From NCBI GenBank assembly GCA_951406725.2, contig OX597820.1:33852001-33916000 (forward strand): a stretch of 64,000 nt of DNA, given 5' to 3'. The DNA is from Octopus vulgaris. Its lineage: Eukaryota. A model generated the notes under the pieces. The model saw nothing but the letters and a program-made list of their open reading frames with translations, was not told where the DNA came from and ran no database searches. Shown here piece by piece: positions 12,488-24,836 of the stretch (the first letter of the stretch is position 1; each line of letters begins with the position of its first letter). The position numbers were made by a program, and so were the translations under genes.

Positions 12488-13640
12488 CATCATCATCATC
12501 ATCGTTAAATGTCTGTTTTCCATGCTAGCATGGGTTGGACGGTTCGACCAGGGTCTGGGAAGCCAGGAGGCTGCGCCAGGGTCCAGTCTGATCTGGAAGT
12601 GTTTCTACAGCTGGATGCCCTTCTTAATGCCAACCACTCTGTGAATGTAGTGGGTGCTTTTTACGTTCCATCAGCTCAGGGGCCAGAGGAGGCTGTCAAA
12701 TGGCCATGATCGGTTGGTGCTTTTTATGTGTCACCGACATGGACACCGGTCAGTTGGCGCTGGCACTGGCCACATTCAGATGGTGCTTTTTACGTGCCAC
12801 CGGCATGGGTATCACAACTACAATTTCCATTTGATTTTTATTTTGATGTTGATGTTGATGTACTTGACTCAATAGGTCTCAAGCACAGCAGGTCACCCTA
12901 CGGTCCAAGGTTAGCACAGCAGGCCGTCCTGCAAGCCATGAACTCACTTTATTTGTCGGGTCTTTGCGGTCACAGCATATCTCAGGTCTTCGTCTTTCGT
13001 CATTGCCTCTGTGAGGCCCAACATGCCACCAGCACGGGTATCACAACTACAATATCCATTTGATTTTTATTTTGATGTTGATGTACTTGACTCAATAGGT
13101 CCCCTCAAGCACAGCAGATCGCCCTATGTTCCAAGGTTAGCACAGCAGGCTGTCCTGCGAGCCATGAACTCACTTCATTTGTCGGGTCTTCACAGTCACA
13201 GCATATCTCCAGAGGTCTCGGTCTTTCGTTGTAGCCTCTGTGAGGCCCAACGTTCAAAGGTCATGCTTGACCACCTCATCCCATATCTTCCTGGGTCTAC
13301 CTCTACCCCGGATTCCTTCAACAGTTTGAGAGTGACACTTCTTCACACATCTCTCCTCATCCATCCATAGTACATAACCATATCAACGCAAATGTCTCTC
13401 CTGCACGCCACATCCAATGCTTCTTGTGTCCAACATTTCTCTCAGAGCGCTTACACTCTGTCATGCATGCAAAGTGACATAACACATCCAGCAGATCATG
13501 CTAGCTTCATTTCTTTCGAACCTGCACATGTCCTCTGCAGTCACGGCCCATGTTTCACTGCTGAGAAGGATGGCAGTTCGCACACATGCGTCATACAATC
13601 TACCTTTCACTCTGAGTGAGAGACCCTTTGTTGCCAGTAG
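12488..13640 (-). mobile_element. 5'-truncated RTE-clade LINE (ORF C-terminus, 3' UTR, (GAT)n tail)
   Basis: Minus-strand translation KGRLYDACVRTAILLSSETWAV...EGIRGRGRPRKIWDEVVKHDL with stops; (CAT)n at 12488. Confidence 0.9.
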
Positions 13641-13645
13641 GGATA

Positions 13646-14728
13646 TCTATATATATAAAACTCAACTTGTGTGTCTGTGTGTGTATCTGTGTGTGTGTCT
13701 GTGTGTTTAACTTTCCGGCACATCTCCTCCTAGCCAACAAATCGTAGAACCACCAAAAATGGGTCACTTAAAGTTTAGGCGAATGAAAATTGAACTGCGC
13801 TATTTCTGTTCCGAAATTCATCTCGCAAGTGTAAAAATCGATAATGTGTTTGTTTAGGCCCTATCCCATGCATTGAATAGTGAACTTTACTCAGTCAGCT
13901 GTTTGACGTGAACTGTGTTCACCACGCGTGCAAGCATGCGTAAATTGCATGAAAAATAAAAAATCAAGATATAAAAACGAATCGCCGTAAACATTGTAGA
14001 AATTCGGCAAAGAAATGAATTTTCGGGATGTAGCCTGGAGGGTTTTTTTGTAGTAATCGTTTGGACTTTGTGAACACATACCAATTATTTTCTTAACATT
14101 TTTAATGCTTTGAATTAAATGTGACCATTTTGCGTTGAGTCTGCAGTTTGAATCACTTTAACCAACTTTTAGCAGGCCGGATTTTTGAACATCACGATAC
14201 ATCGCCAGCGACTCCCTGAAACTCTCCCCTGAAATCCCCATTGAGAAATCTATATATATAACACTCAACTTGTGTGTCTGTGTGTTTAACTTTGGGATCT
14301 ACCAAGTTTCATTATTAAGGATGGAAAGTAGTGTGTAGCAAATCTATATATATAAAGCTGAAGTTGTCTGTGTGTGGCAGGTTTGGTAGCCTTCAACTAA
14401 CACTATCTCCTTCGAGACCCTGCAGCGCAAGTTGACCAAAATTGAGAGTATGATAGAAGGCTTGCTCTTCATTCTGTAGAAGATAAAATTCAAATCGGAC
14501 CATGTTAACACCAAAAATTATTTACATCAAAAAGGTGCTTTTTTCCTATGAAAATCCCTATTTTTTACGATTTTTGACTGCTGTGTCACCATTTTTCAGT
14601 GTATTTCAACTGGAAAAATGTTCACTTGAAGAGAATGACAAGTTGCATAATGCAAAATTTTTACTTTTCAAAAATTCCAATTCTAAAGGGTCGAAACAAA
14701 CCCAAGCAACACCGGGTGATACTGCTAG
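13646..14728 (+). mobile_element. Non-autonomous Helitron(s), composite
   Basis: A|TCTATATATATAA 5' ends at 13646, 14249 and 14343; subterminal hairpin accc...gggt (~14700-14717) followed by CTAG|T at 14725-14729. Confidence 0.7.
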
Positions 14729-14962
14729 TATATATATTTATATATATATATACATATATACATTGAGCTTCCACACACTTTCTGTCTACCTAATTCACTT
14801 ACAAAGCATTGATTGATTCAGGTCTATAGTGGAAATCAAGGTGCCATGTGGTAGGATTGAATGTGAAACCACATGACTGCAAAGCGAATTTCTTAACCAC
14901 ACAGCGATGCCATGCAGCTGTACTTCCGCATACATGCATGCATACATACATACATACATACA

Positions 14963-15256
14963 TGATTACAATTCAAGCCATCAATGGAACTGTAAAAATT
15001 CATAAAACTTTCCAGAAGTTTAGTATTTAAGTATAAGTGTGTATGTCTAGATATGCAACTATACACAAGAAAACAGATGCGTAAGACAAAATATACAAAT
15101 ATGCACATGCACTGACTCTAAATACTACATATATACACACAAATATGCACAAATGTCCTGTTGATGCTGAAATTCCAATGAAGGAACCTTGGAACAAGGT
15201 TAGAAACTGGCTCTTTCTCTGCTGACAAGAAACCTTGACATAAAACTGAGTAATAA
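14963..15256 (+). mobile_element. R4/Dong-clade LINE 3' fragment (ORF C-terminus and 3' UTR)
   Basis: IQAINGTVKIHKTFQKFSI* matches the RLE-linked fragment at 34820-34985; distal UTR is the inverted copy of 15286-15368. Confidence 0.7.
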
Positions 15257-15284
15257 CATGTATGTATGTATGTATGTACGTATG

Positions 15285-17110
15285 TCATTATTCAGTTTTA
15301 TTTCAAGATTTGGAGAAAGAGCTGGTTTCTAACCTAGATCCAAGGCTCCTTCATTGGAATTTCAACACCTATGCTGACCTTCAGTATAAGTGTTCCCTTT
15401 TTCACTGATCTCCAGCTTTATGTTAACATCCACTGGGCAGCTAATTTCCACAATTGTGCACAGTTTCTCTTCTCTATCCCAAATCATTATATCAGGTCTG
15501 CTGTGCTACATCACTGTTTATGTGGAAATTATGTGCTTGTTAGTATTTTTCACATTTTCACATCAATGGCTTGGATCTCATCAAGCATCCTATCAAGCAG
15601 CCCAAATGTTGGTATGAATACAGGCAGTGCAAACACATTGTGGGCCACTGTTTTATTGAATGCACAGAGTTCTGAGGTCCAAATTTTCTTTATTCAGCTG
15701 TAATAATATTCTTTTGTGACATGTGTTTTGTTACAGGTACCATTGTCAGATGTATTTTCATCCACCCTTAGATACCTGTAACATTCCTTCTCAGATACAG
15801 GGGAAACAGTCAAATCATTGATGGAGATGTTACTAGTCTAGTTTATAGTTTTCCCCCTTTTCACAACCATGTAACATTTATCCTGACCAAACTCCAACCT
15901 TACATCCTTTGAGAATGTTGTAACTAGGTCAAGGCTCTTTTTCATCTGACGCATATTCTTTGTATAAAGTTTTAAGTCATCCACAAAGAAACAGTGTGTA
16001 AGTTTGATATTTCTCTTTCCTTGTGAACCATCGAGATATCCTTCAGATTTCCTTAACATGAATGACAAGGGATTTACAGAAAGTATAAACAACATCACAG
16101 AGAGGCTGTCCCCTTCAAATATGCCTTTGCAATACTGTATTCTATCGGTGAAAATACAGTCACTCTTTGTGTTTAATTTCAAGATGGTGGCCCATGATGA
16201 AGTCAGGTCAGCTATGGCTTTGACTATTCTCACTGGAACTTTAGCAAGATGAAGGGCTTCCAGCATCCATGAGTGGAGAACAGAGTCAAATACTTTCTTG
16301 TAGTCTAGCCACATTGAAACTAGGTTCCTCCTATGCTCTCACCCCTCTGACATCACAGTTTTGCTCAACACATCCCCAGATTCCTCTCTTCCCAGTTGCT
16401 TGTTCTGCTGTGATAATGTTATTGGTTTCACAATGGTCCTGGAGTATGAGGCTTAAGTATGCTGTATATATCTTATACATTAAGTTCTGGCAAGTAATTG
16501 GCTGGTAGTTTTTTGCTATGTGGGTAGTTCTGCATTTGGGAATCAATTTTGTCTCTGCCAATGCTAACCAGTGTGGTATGCTACTGTTCCCAATAAAAGC
16601 TTGCTGGTACAGATTGATAAGATATGGTCAGTAGAATGTTAGCTTCTTGTACCAATATCCAACAATCAAGTCTCTTCCAGGTGCTTTTCCATCCTGGAGT
16701 TTCTGGATTACAGCTGCAAGAGTTTCACCATCAATGTTATATGTCTTGGATGTAATGCAGGAACAATAACTTTATTGGATTTCTTCCAGCCATAAAACAT
16801 CTTGGTTAAATTCCTTCTCTTCACTCTAGATTTTCCTCCAGAAGGAGTTTATGTCTGCTCGTGAAGGAGCTTCTGTGATATTTACTGCTCCTCCTTTCAT
16901 GTCTCTGTATACTGCTGCCTGGTTGTGTTAAATTTTTTGTTTATTGTTCTTCTCTCGGTTATTCTCTTCTGATGTCAAAATTTTTCACTGACAGCTTTTA
17001 GTTCCTGCTTGAGGGTAATCAGTTTGCAAGTGAGTGTCCTCATTTTGCTGCCTCAAAACATCATTTCTATCTCCTTCTTTACTCTCTGTTGGTGGTACGT
17101 ATAGTGGTTT
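15285..17110 (-). mobile_element. Decayed R4/Dong-clade non-LTR retrotransposon (RT plus RLE endonuclease, internal deletions)
   Basis: NYQPITCQNLMYKIYT; WLDYKKVFDSVLHSW; GIFEGDSLS; HCFFVDDLKLY; EFGQDKC; RLE motif RPDIMIWD...VEISCP near 15430-15500. Confidence 0.9.
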
Positions 17111-17121
17111 GCTTGTATGTA

Positions 17122-17337
17122 CTCTTTACCCTTTACTCTTTTACTTGTTTCAGTCATTTGACTGTGGCCATGCTGGAGCACCGCCTTTAGTCAAGAAAAT
17201 CGACCCCAGGACTTATTCTTTGTAAGTCTAGTACTTATTCTATCAGTCTCTTTTGCCAAACCACTAAGTTATGGGGACATATACATACCAGCATCGGTTG
17301 TCAAGCGATGTTGGAGGTGACAAACACAGACACATAA

Positions 17338-17369
<32 letters not shown>

Positions 17370-17380
17370 ATATATATATG

Positions 17381-17420
<40 letters not shown>

Positions 17421-17585
17421 ATATACAACAGACTTCTTTCAGTTTCTACCAAATCCACTCACAAGACTTTGGTCGGCCTGAGGCTATAGTAGAAGACACT
17501 TGCCCAAGGTGCCATGCAGTGGGACTGAACCCAGAACCATGAGGTTCGTAAGCAAGCTACTTACCACTCAGCCACTCCTACACCT
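17122..17585 (-). mobile_element. Full-length family-1 SINE with internal (CA)/(TA) microsatellite
   Basis: Reverse-complement head GGAGTGGCTGAGTGGTAAG...GGTTCAGTCCC, core GCACCTTGGGCAAGTGTCTT, tail GGCGGTGCTCCAGCATGGCCACAGTCAAATGACTGAAAC. Confidence 0.9.
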
Positions 17586-17714
17586 ATGTATGTATGTATT
17601 TATTGGTATAATGGTAGTCATCTCTCAAGCATCAATCATTCAACTATTCAAGAAACATTAGAATTACTATTTTTACATCTCACAACGTGAGATATTCAGC
17701 AAGAGTACTTTGTA

Positions 17715-17973
17715 GTAAAGATTGTTCGCCAACATAACATGGTAGTCATGGTTTAGGACAAATGTTGCTGTAATTTAGCCCCAGGAGACATCGTCTCCAG
17801 CTGGCTATACGACTCGATCTGTGTCCTTATATTTTCAAATAGGGGAATCTAGCACCCTCACTCAACTGAAAACAATATCTGTGTATTGCGATTTCCAGGT
17901 TATTTTCCTTCATCAGTACAATTATTCTGTCCTAAACCAGGACTACCATGTTATGTTGGCAAACAATCTTTAC
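17715..17973. mobile_element. MITE with ~46-bp terminal inverted repeats
   Basis: gtaaagattgttcgccaacataacatggtagtcatggtttaggaca versus tgtcctaaaccaggactaccatgttatgttggcaaacaatctttac (2 mismatches). Confidence 0.8.
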
Positions 17974-20599
17974 CGTTCAAGAAACAGCTGTAAAGGTACT
18001 ACCTGCACACCTCTTTTCCATGAATTTCATGTCTTTCTTTTTTTTATTAACCTGTGATATCATTGGTCTACTTACCTGAATCATACCAACACAATGGACA
18101 TCCTTTCTATGTCATCCTGGAGTATAACACTCTCCATCTGAACTATTTCTAAACTTTTCACATTTCCTATTGAGTATATTTTTATATATTTTTATATATA
18201 TCTGCATTTGCCTTCGGTATGTTATATGAAGATAAATGTTATAAATGGATCTGACACTTGATAACAGCCTATTTATGCTTTTGTTGCACTATAGCTACAA
18301 CAGCTCACTTGATAAATTGCTTATAGGCAATCCTCATTTTGGCAGATCTCACATCCCTGCAGTTAACTTTGGAATTGAGGCACTGATTCAACCTGAACAC
18401 TCATTGTATGTACATTCTGATTTTAAAATTTTGACACAAGGCCAGCAATTTTGAGGTGGGGTATAAGTCTTTAATATTGACCCCAGTGTTCAACTGATAC
18501 TTATTTTATCAAACCTGAAAGAATGAAAGGTAAAGATGACCTCGGTGGAATTTGAATTGTCCATACTTATTATCATTTGTCATCTTATTGCTCATCAGAT
18601 TCACACGCACTCACGCATACTGTTTTCTACTCTGTTTTGCATAAGTCTAAGTCCTCTGGCCACTGGAGATTAGGTTGGACAACTGTCATGCCGATGAAGG
18701 CTATTGAGCCAGAAACATGTATTCACGACTCTCCTCTTATCTCCAGACAGTAACCTTGTCCCTTTCCTTAACAGCAAGTCCGTTTTGGAGAAATTCTTGA
18801 ATCTTGAGATTATTTCACCTTTTTAACTGAAGCTGGTAAATATAATACATCCTCTGTAACTAGCTGGTAAATATGAACATACTCTGAAGTGGAGGTGATT
18901 TTAACAAATCGAAAGTTTTTGTCGCAAGATTCTTCCCAAAAAGTCTACAAGAGTGTCAAAAATATTAAACACCTTAGCCAAAAGCTCCCACAATATTTTG
19001 AGGTTATAGGCTTCAGCCTACCAAGCCAGGCTGTAACCCTACAAAAATGTAACATTTCAGTCAATATCAGTAAGTTTAATGGACATGATGCAGTTAAAGA
19101 AATAAATGCTATTCTACATCTATCTTAATCTTTATACCAATTTTCCCTTTAGCATGATATAGATATATATATAACCAAGTTATGTATCTTTATGTCCAGT
19201 GCTGGATTTAGATGAAGGGAGACCCTAGGCTGTTCCACAAGTGAGGTCTTTCCAAAAGGCCTTTGATGGTGTCAAAAATATTATACACCTTCACCAGAAG
19301 ACCCCTAGATTATGAGGTTCTCATGGATATATTCAATGTAGGGCTTCTAGCAGGTCTGCAATATGATTAAGCTACTTTTTCTCACTCCAAATTTTTTTCG
19401 CCAAAGTGACTCTTACCTTCCTGAAATGGAGCCTCAGTGACAAGTGTTGATTGTTCATACATATCTTGCTAAACTTTTGGCTGGTTTCAATTAAATTTCT
19501 TGTTATGCTGATTGAATTGAATTTATTGAGTATGTATGTATGTGCTACTGGTAACATGTAATCCAGTACATCCTGCTGCATGGTTGGGGGCTGGTAGTGC
19601 CCAAACCAGCCAGCCTACCGAGCTATAATGGAGAAAGCTGCTTATTAATTAGTTATGTAACAGTTACTAAAAGAAAGCAATTATTAAAGGCTTGACTGTC
19701 TGGAAATTTTTTTGTAAATTCATGTTCCAAAAAATTTCCTGTAATTTCGATTTCTGGAGGTTATTGAATATTTGAACTACAAGTTTTCAAAAATTTAAAT
19801 ATTCATTGCATTCATTGCAGAATAGATTTAATAAACAATATTAATTCACTGCAGGTGAAATTTTCCATTTTCATTCACAACAGTCCCTCACTCTCTCTCT
19901 CTCTCTCACCTCTATTTTCATTATTGATAATTTAATATATATTCATTTCAAATTTTTACTTCGCTATTTGCAAAACCCACAGTTTATTCTATATACGTAA
20001 TGTAAAAGTAATTATTTATTGAATGAATGAATGCTATTAGACAAAATAGCTGTATAACTTTGATAAATTGAAAAGTTTTTAGTATACCTGTATAATTAAA
20101 AAAAATTAAGACGTGATTTTGTTGGTGTGGGTGTTTGGAATGCTATAAGCCTTACAATAATAACTAAGCGATCGTTGCTATGTCTTGCATGCTAAACTTT
20201 GAAGTTAGTTTAAATTGCTGATATATTACAACTACAATAAATCACTGAAAGAAATATTTACTAAGCAAGTGAGATTTTTTTATAAATTGAATTTTTCAGG
20301 AAAATTTTCTTTCTGGACTTCCTTTTATTATTGAATATTTCAAGTTCATAAATTTAAATATTTCTGAACCAGATAATTTTTAACATGCTTTTATTTATAT
20401 GATTTTTTTCCTTTCATGTTTATTTCATTCATTGTTTTCAATGTTCTCTCCTCCACCTCTCTCTCTCACACTCTATCGCTTTAATATAAACACAGCCACA
20501 CTACAGGTTTGACTAGCAGAAAATAGCCTAGATGGCGGTCTTTCTGCTAGTATATATAATCAGGCTGCCTCCCTTGTTAAGATGTCTGTCTAGTCTGAT

Positions 20600-21000
20600 T
20601 TGAGTATAATTTAGAATGTTCAATGTTCAAGTAATAAGTATGCTTCCTTAATTATTGATATGTGGGTATCGTGTGTGATTGAACTACTTTTTGATTTCAT
20701 AATAGTGATTTTTGTGCTGTTAGTTTTATACAGTGGAATCTTTTGAATTTTTTTTTTGCACCATACATACCAAAATCTTTTGTGTGTGAACTGTCTATTT
20801 TCCACTGCATTCTGTGTGAACTTGTTACAGTGTATTGTTGATGTCATTGTTATTCTTCCTGTAAAAGCATGTATCTTTTTAGAGTATTTGTAAACTCTGT
20901 TGCTTGTTAGTGTTTTTGTAAACCTTTCACAAACTTTATAATACATCTCTACCTTTGGTGTGGCTTCATATAGTACTTCATACAGAGAAGTAACTACTGT
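20600..21000 (-). mobile_element. Possible Penelope-like (GIY-YIG C-terminus) relic
   Basis: Degenerate translation ending IIKEAYLL followed by a short tail; weak resemblance only. Confidence 0.3.
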
Positions 21001-22879
21001 TGTTTGATCAGCAGTCTAGCTGCGACTATCATGTCTTCTTTTACAGCATATTACATTTAGTATAAAGACTATCTTCTTAATCAACCACTTAATACAAGAA
21101 AGTGTCATACTCACAAGGACAGAGATGTTCTAAAAGAAAGTAACTAGAGAGGCAGTAAATTGAAAGAGCAAATTGTGAAAGTATCAGAAAGAACTATAAT
21201 GCAATTAATTCGGAAGAGAATCAGCTTAGGTGATATTCATCTTGGATTTGTGTTAGAACCAGTGGTGGTTCATAGATAAGATTAGTTGGGGTGCTGCTTC
21301 AGAAAATCTTTAGCCATTGTTTTAATATTGTGTAAAAGGAAACAAACATGTAAAAAGATAATTTATACATAAACTTGATCAGTTCGTGTTTCAGCCACTG
21401 CCGGGTAGTGTGTTTAATTTGTTCACTGAACACTGCCACAAATTCTCCCTTGTTTTTCAAAAATCCCACCTAAATCACAAAGTAAGGTGGGGAAATCTTC
21501 CCTATTTTTCAAATCCTGGCAGCAACACTGTAGCTGGAAGCAGGTTAATAATCTAAGTCAAGACTTTATCACATTCAAGAATATAAACACAACACATGAG
21601 GAGTCAAAAAGAAACACTACCTTTCACCAGCACACAAGGGTCAGCACTGCGGGAACGACAGTGCTCACTCTCCCTAGTGTGCAGCTTCCTATCTTGGACA
21701 TGTGAGCATGCACAATGCAGTTCTATACAAGAATTTTTGTATTTTTTTCATAAACTAGAGAAAGGCTACTGACATTAAGCTTAAGGATTATATAATGTAC
21801 AAGTATAAAGAAAGACTTAAAGGAAAAAGGGCTCATTATATTGAATGTTATCGATAATATTGAGTGGAAATAGAGGGTGCTGCAGTTCTGCAGTGCCTAT
21901 ACACGAGTCGCCACTGGTTAGAACAGAGTACTGGTGTTACCCTTTTCTTACTGGGACCACTGCAGAACCTAAAAGAAAACTACTATATTTAGCATTCATT
22001 GTCCTGGAGAAGACCTTTGATAGAGTCACACAATTTGTGGTCTATCATTTAGAAAATTTGGTTTAGAGTAGGGGGTCGGTAAACTGCTTTACATCATTGA
22101 TCCCTTCATGGAATCATTGATAACTTAACAAATCCCATCATGTAAATTTCTAAAATAAAATTAAAAAGTACAATTGATAAAAAATTTCTTGGTTTAAAAA
22201 CTGTAATTGCTACAGCTTTTTAATAAGAAATATTAAAAAAAAAATCTAATGAAAACACTTAACGAATTTGATAAAGAACAATAAAAATTCAGTCATAGAT
22301 AAATAATGTCAGAATATTTAATGGGAAATATTTTTGGTGATTGAATTGGTATTTGGATGGAAATTAGCGAGGTTTTCCTCTCTAAGTGACCACAATTTAG
22401 CATCCTTAATACTCAAAATCGCTTCAGGTATTTATCGATCCCTTCTCAATATGTCTTGGCAGATTTGAACATGAATATACTGTTAGCTGTTGTTTTCATC
22501 ATTTAGACGATGTGTGCTCATAACAAGTTGGCCCTCTCTTCCACTTAAACTAATGGAAACATCCACTATGACAGCTGGAGGTTATACAGAGGACTACAGG
22601 AGCACCCAGGCTGGTACGCATTATCGCTGTAAAGGCTGACTGTAGTAATGTGAAATTAAGTGTCTTGCTCAAGGACTCAACATACCGTCCAACTCAGGAT
22701 CTGAACTCATGTACTAAGTCACACACCTAGTAAAAGCTGTGAACAAATATATAAGGTATTTATTACATTTTATTTAACTTTAACATGTTTCCTTCATTAG
22801 ACTACAGCCATGCCAATGTGCTGCCTTGAAGGGTTTGTTGTGAGGGGTATGTGCTGATGGCTGGTCTGAAGTGATGACT

Positions 22880-24200
22880 GGCTGGGTTGCTGAATGAAAA
22901 TGTTGCAGTACTCTACCAATTCCAATATTAGATGCATCAACTATTAATGATAGAGAAGTGTTTGGTACTGGATGCAACATCATCATCATCATCATCATCA
23001 TCATCGTTTAACGTCTGCTTTCTATGCTAGCATGGGTTGGACGGTTCAACTGGGGTCTGGGGAGCCCGAAGGCTGCACTAGGCCAGTCAGATCTGGCAGT
23101 GTTTCTACAGCTGGATGCAACATATAGAATAATTATAAACAGGGCAAATTTTAGCCATTTCTCTGCAAACTGGTAAAAAATGACAAACAACCTTAATCAA
23201 TTTTTGAGCCTTATTGGGTTCTCATCAGAGGCGTCATTCTAACAGTCTCCAGGAAAACAAGCAGCCAAACTGTTTATATACTCAACAAATGTAGCAGTTA
23301 CTCTGTGAAGGGGTCCCTAATTTGCATACCGAAAGTGTTTAACACTCTATAAATACCAGTGGCCTGTCAATGGGGATCTTAGTCCACACAGTATGATAAC
23401 AATTAGATGTAGAATGTACAAAGAAAAAAAAGACTGACAGTAGCAGGTTTAGTGAACATACCCTCCATAGACAATTCTGTCAGCAAATCTATCAGTTGCC
23501 TGTGTTTCAAATTTACAAGAAGACTGAAATAATGCAAGAAGCCGGGACCAAGGATAGGATATGGAAGATCAGTAATTATAAAAATCCACTTGAAATGACA
23601 CCTCAAGTTAAGGGCCAGAGTCACCCTAACCCTAACACTATTTCCACTGTAAGTGGAAATAGGAGAATGGTTAACAACTTGTAATGTTATAGCTGATGAT
23701 TTTTGCAAATCGTATAAGAATTTCACTGGCCGATTGGGTAGTTGAGCTCTGCTCTCTTACAAGTGTTAAAATGGCTTGCACATTTGAAAGGAGGCATGAG
23801 GAAGAGTTGTTGTAACATTGACTCTTCAAACGGGTTATCTTCCACTAATTCTTTCATTCTTCTCAACAGTTGAGAAGGCTTCTTATCTCCAAAAACTTCT
23901 TTGTGAAGCAGTTGGCAAAAGTACTTCTGTTTGGAGGTTGAAGAACGTCAGAAATTTTCTGCTTTCATACTTTGGTAAAATATGGAGTCAGAATGGTTGG
24001 TAATCAATTCTTTGACTTCACTGCTTAAGGTAAGAGGCAAAACATTGACTAAAAGGTGAAACTGGTGCATTTATGAAAAAATTTTGTTCACTGCGAAATA
24101 GCTTCGAGCTCAGGAAAGCAATATATGGAGGTAAAGTGAAGGACAAGATAGCTTGAATAGCTAACTATCGCTATTTCCAGAAGAAACGGATAGGACAAGT
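22880..24200 (-). mobile_element. Highly degraded Ty3/Gypsy gag-pol relic, interrupted by an RTE tail at 22978-23120
   Basis: Protease C-terminal segment LNLRCHFKWIFIITDLPYPILG.GFLHYFSLLVNLKHRQLID; RNase H start LSLIVDASNIGIG. Confidence 0.7.
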
Positions 24201-24689
24201 GAACTTGCCATTCTTTTTGGAACTGAGATTAGTTGAAATTACACAAATGAAAAGATAAACTATTAAATACTGGCTGTTATAGCAAACTTTGAGAAGTTCA
24301 GGATCAACTTTCGAGAGAAGAGAGTTTCCTTGGTGTTGACAGGTAGACTTACTTGACAGCTATTTCGAGCAAAACAAAAGCTCTGTCTAAGCTAACAGTG
24401 TTCTCAGTGTCAGCATGTAGAGGAAAGAGTTGCAGTGGTAAGAATTGTATGTGTTATGGCTTTTTCTCCCTTAGACCTTTTCTTCTCTTGGTGGTGGTAA
24501 TTGTGGTGATAGGCATGGATTGTATTGAGGGTCACCAGTGTCACGAAGAATATGTGCTGTTGGCTGGTCTGAGGTGATGACTGATTGAAGTGCTGAGTAA
24601 AAATGTATTTCTCAGGCTGCATAAAGAAGTTACTGACAACACCCACAAACAATTAAGAGAGGATTTTATTATTGCATAAATTATAAATA

Positions 24690-24836
24690 GGTTGGCATTA
24701 GGAAGGGCATCCAGCTGTAGAAACTCTGCCAGATCAAGATTAGAGCCTGGTGCAGCCATCTGGTTCGCCAGTCCTCAGTCAAATCGTCCAACCCATGCTA
24801 GCATCGAGAGTGGATGTTAAACGATGATGATGATGA
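24690..24836 (+). mobile_element. RTE-type 3' end with (GAT)n tail
   Basis: gttggcattaggaagggcatccagctgtag...gttaaacgatgatgatgatg. Confidence 0.8.
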
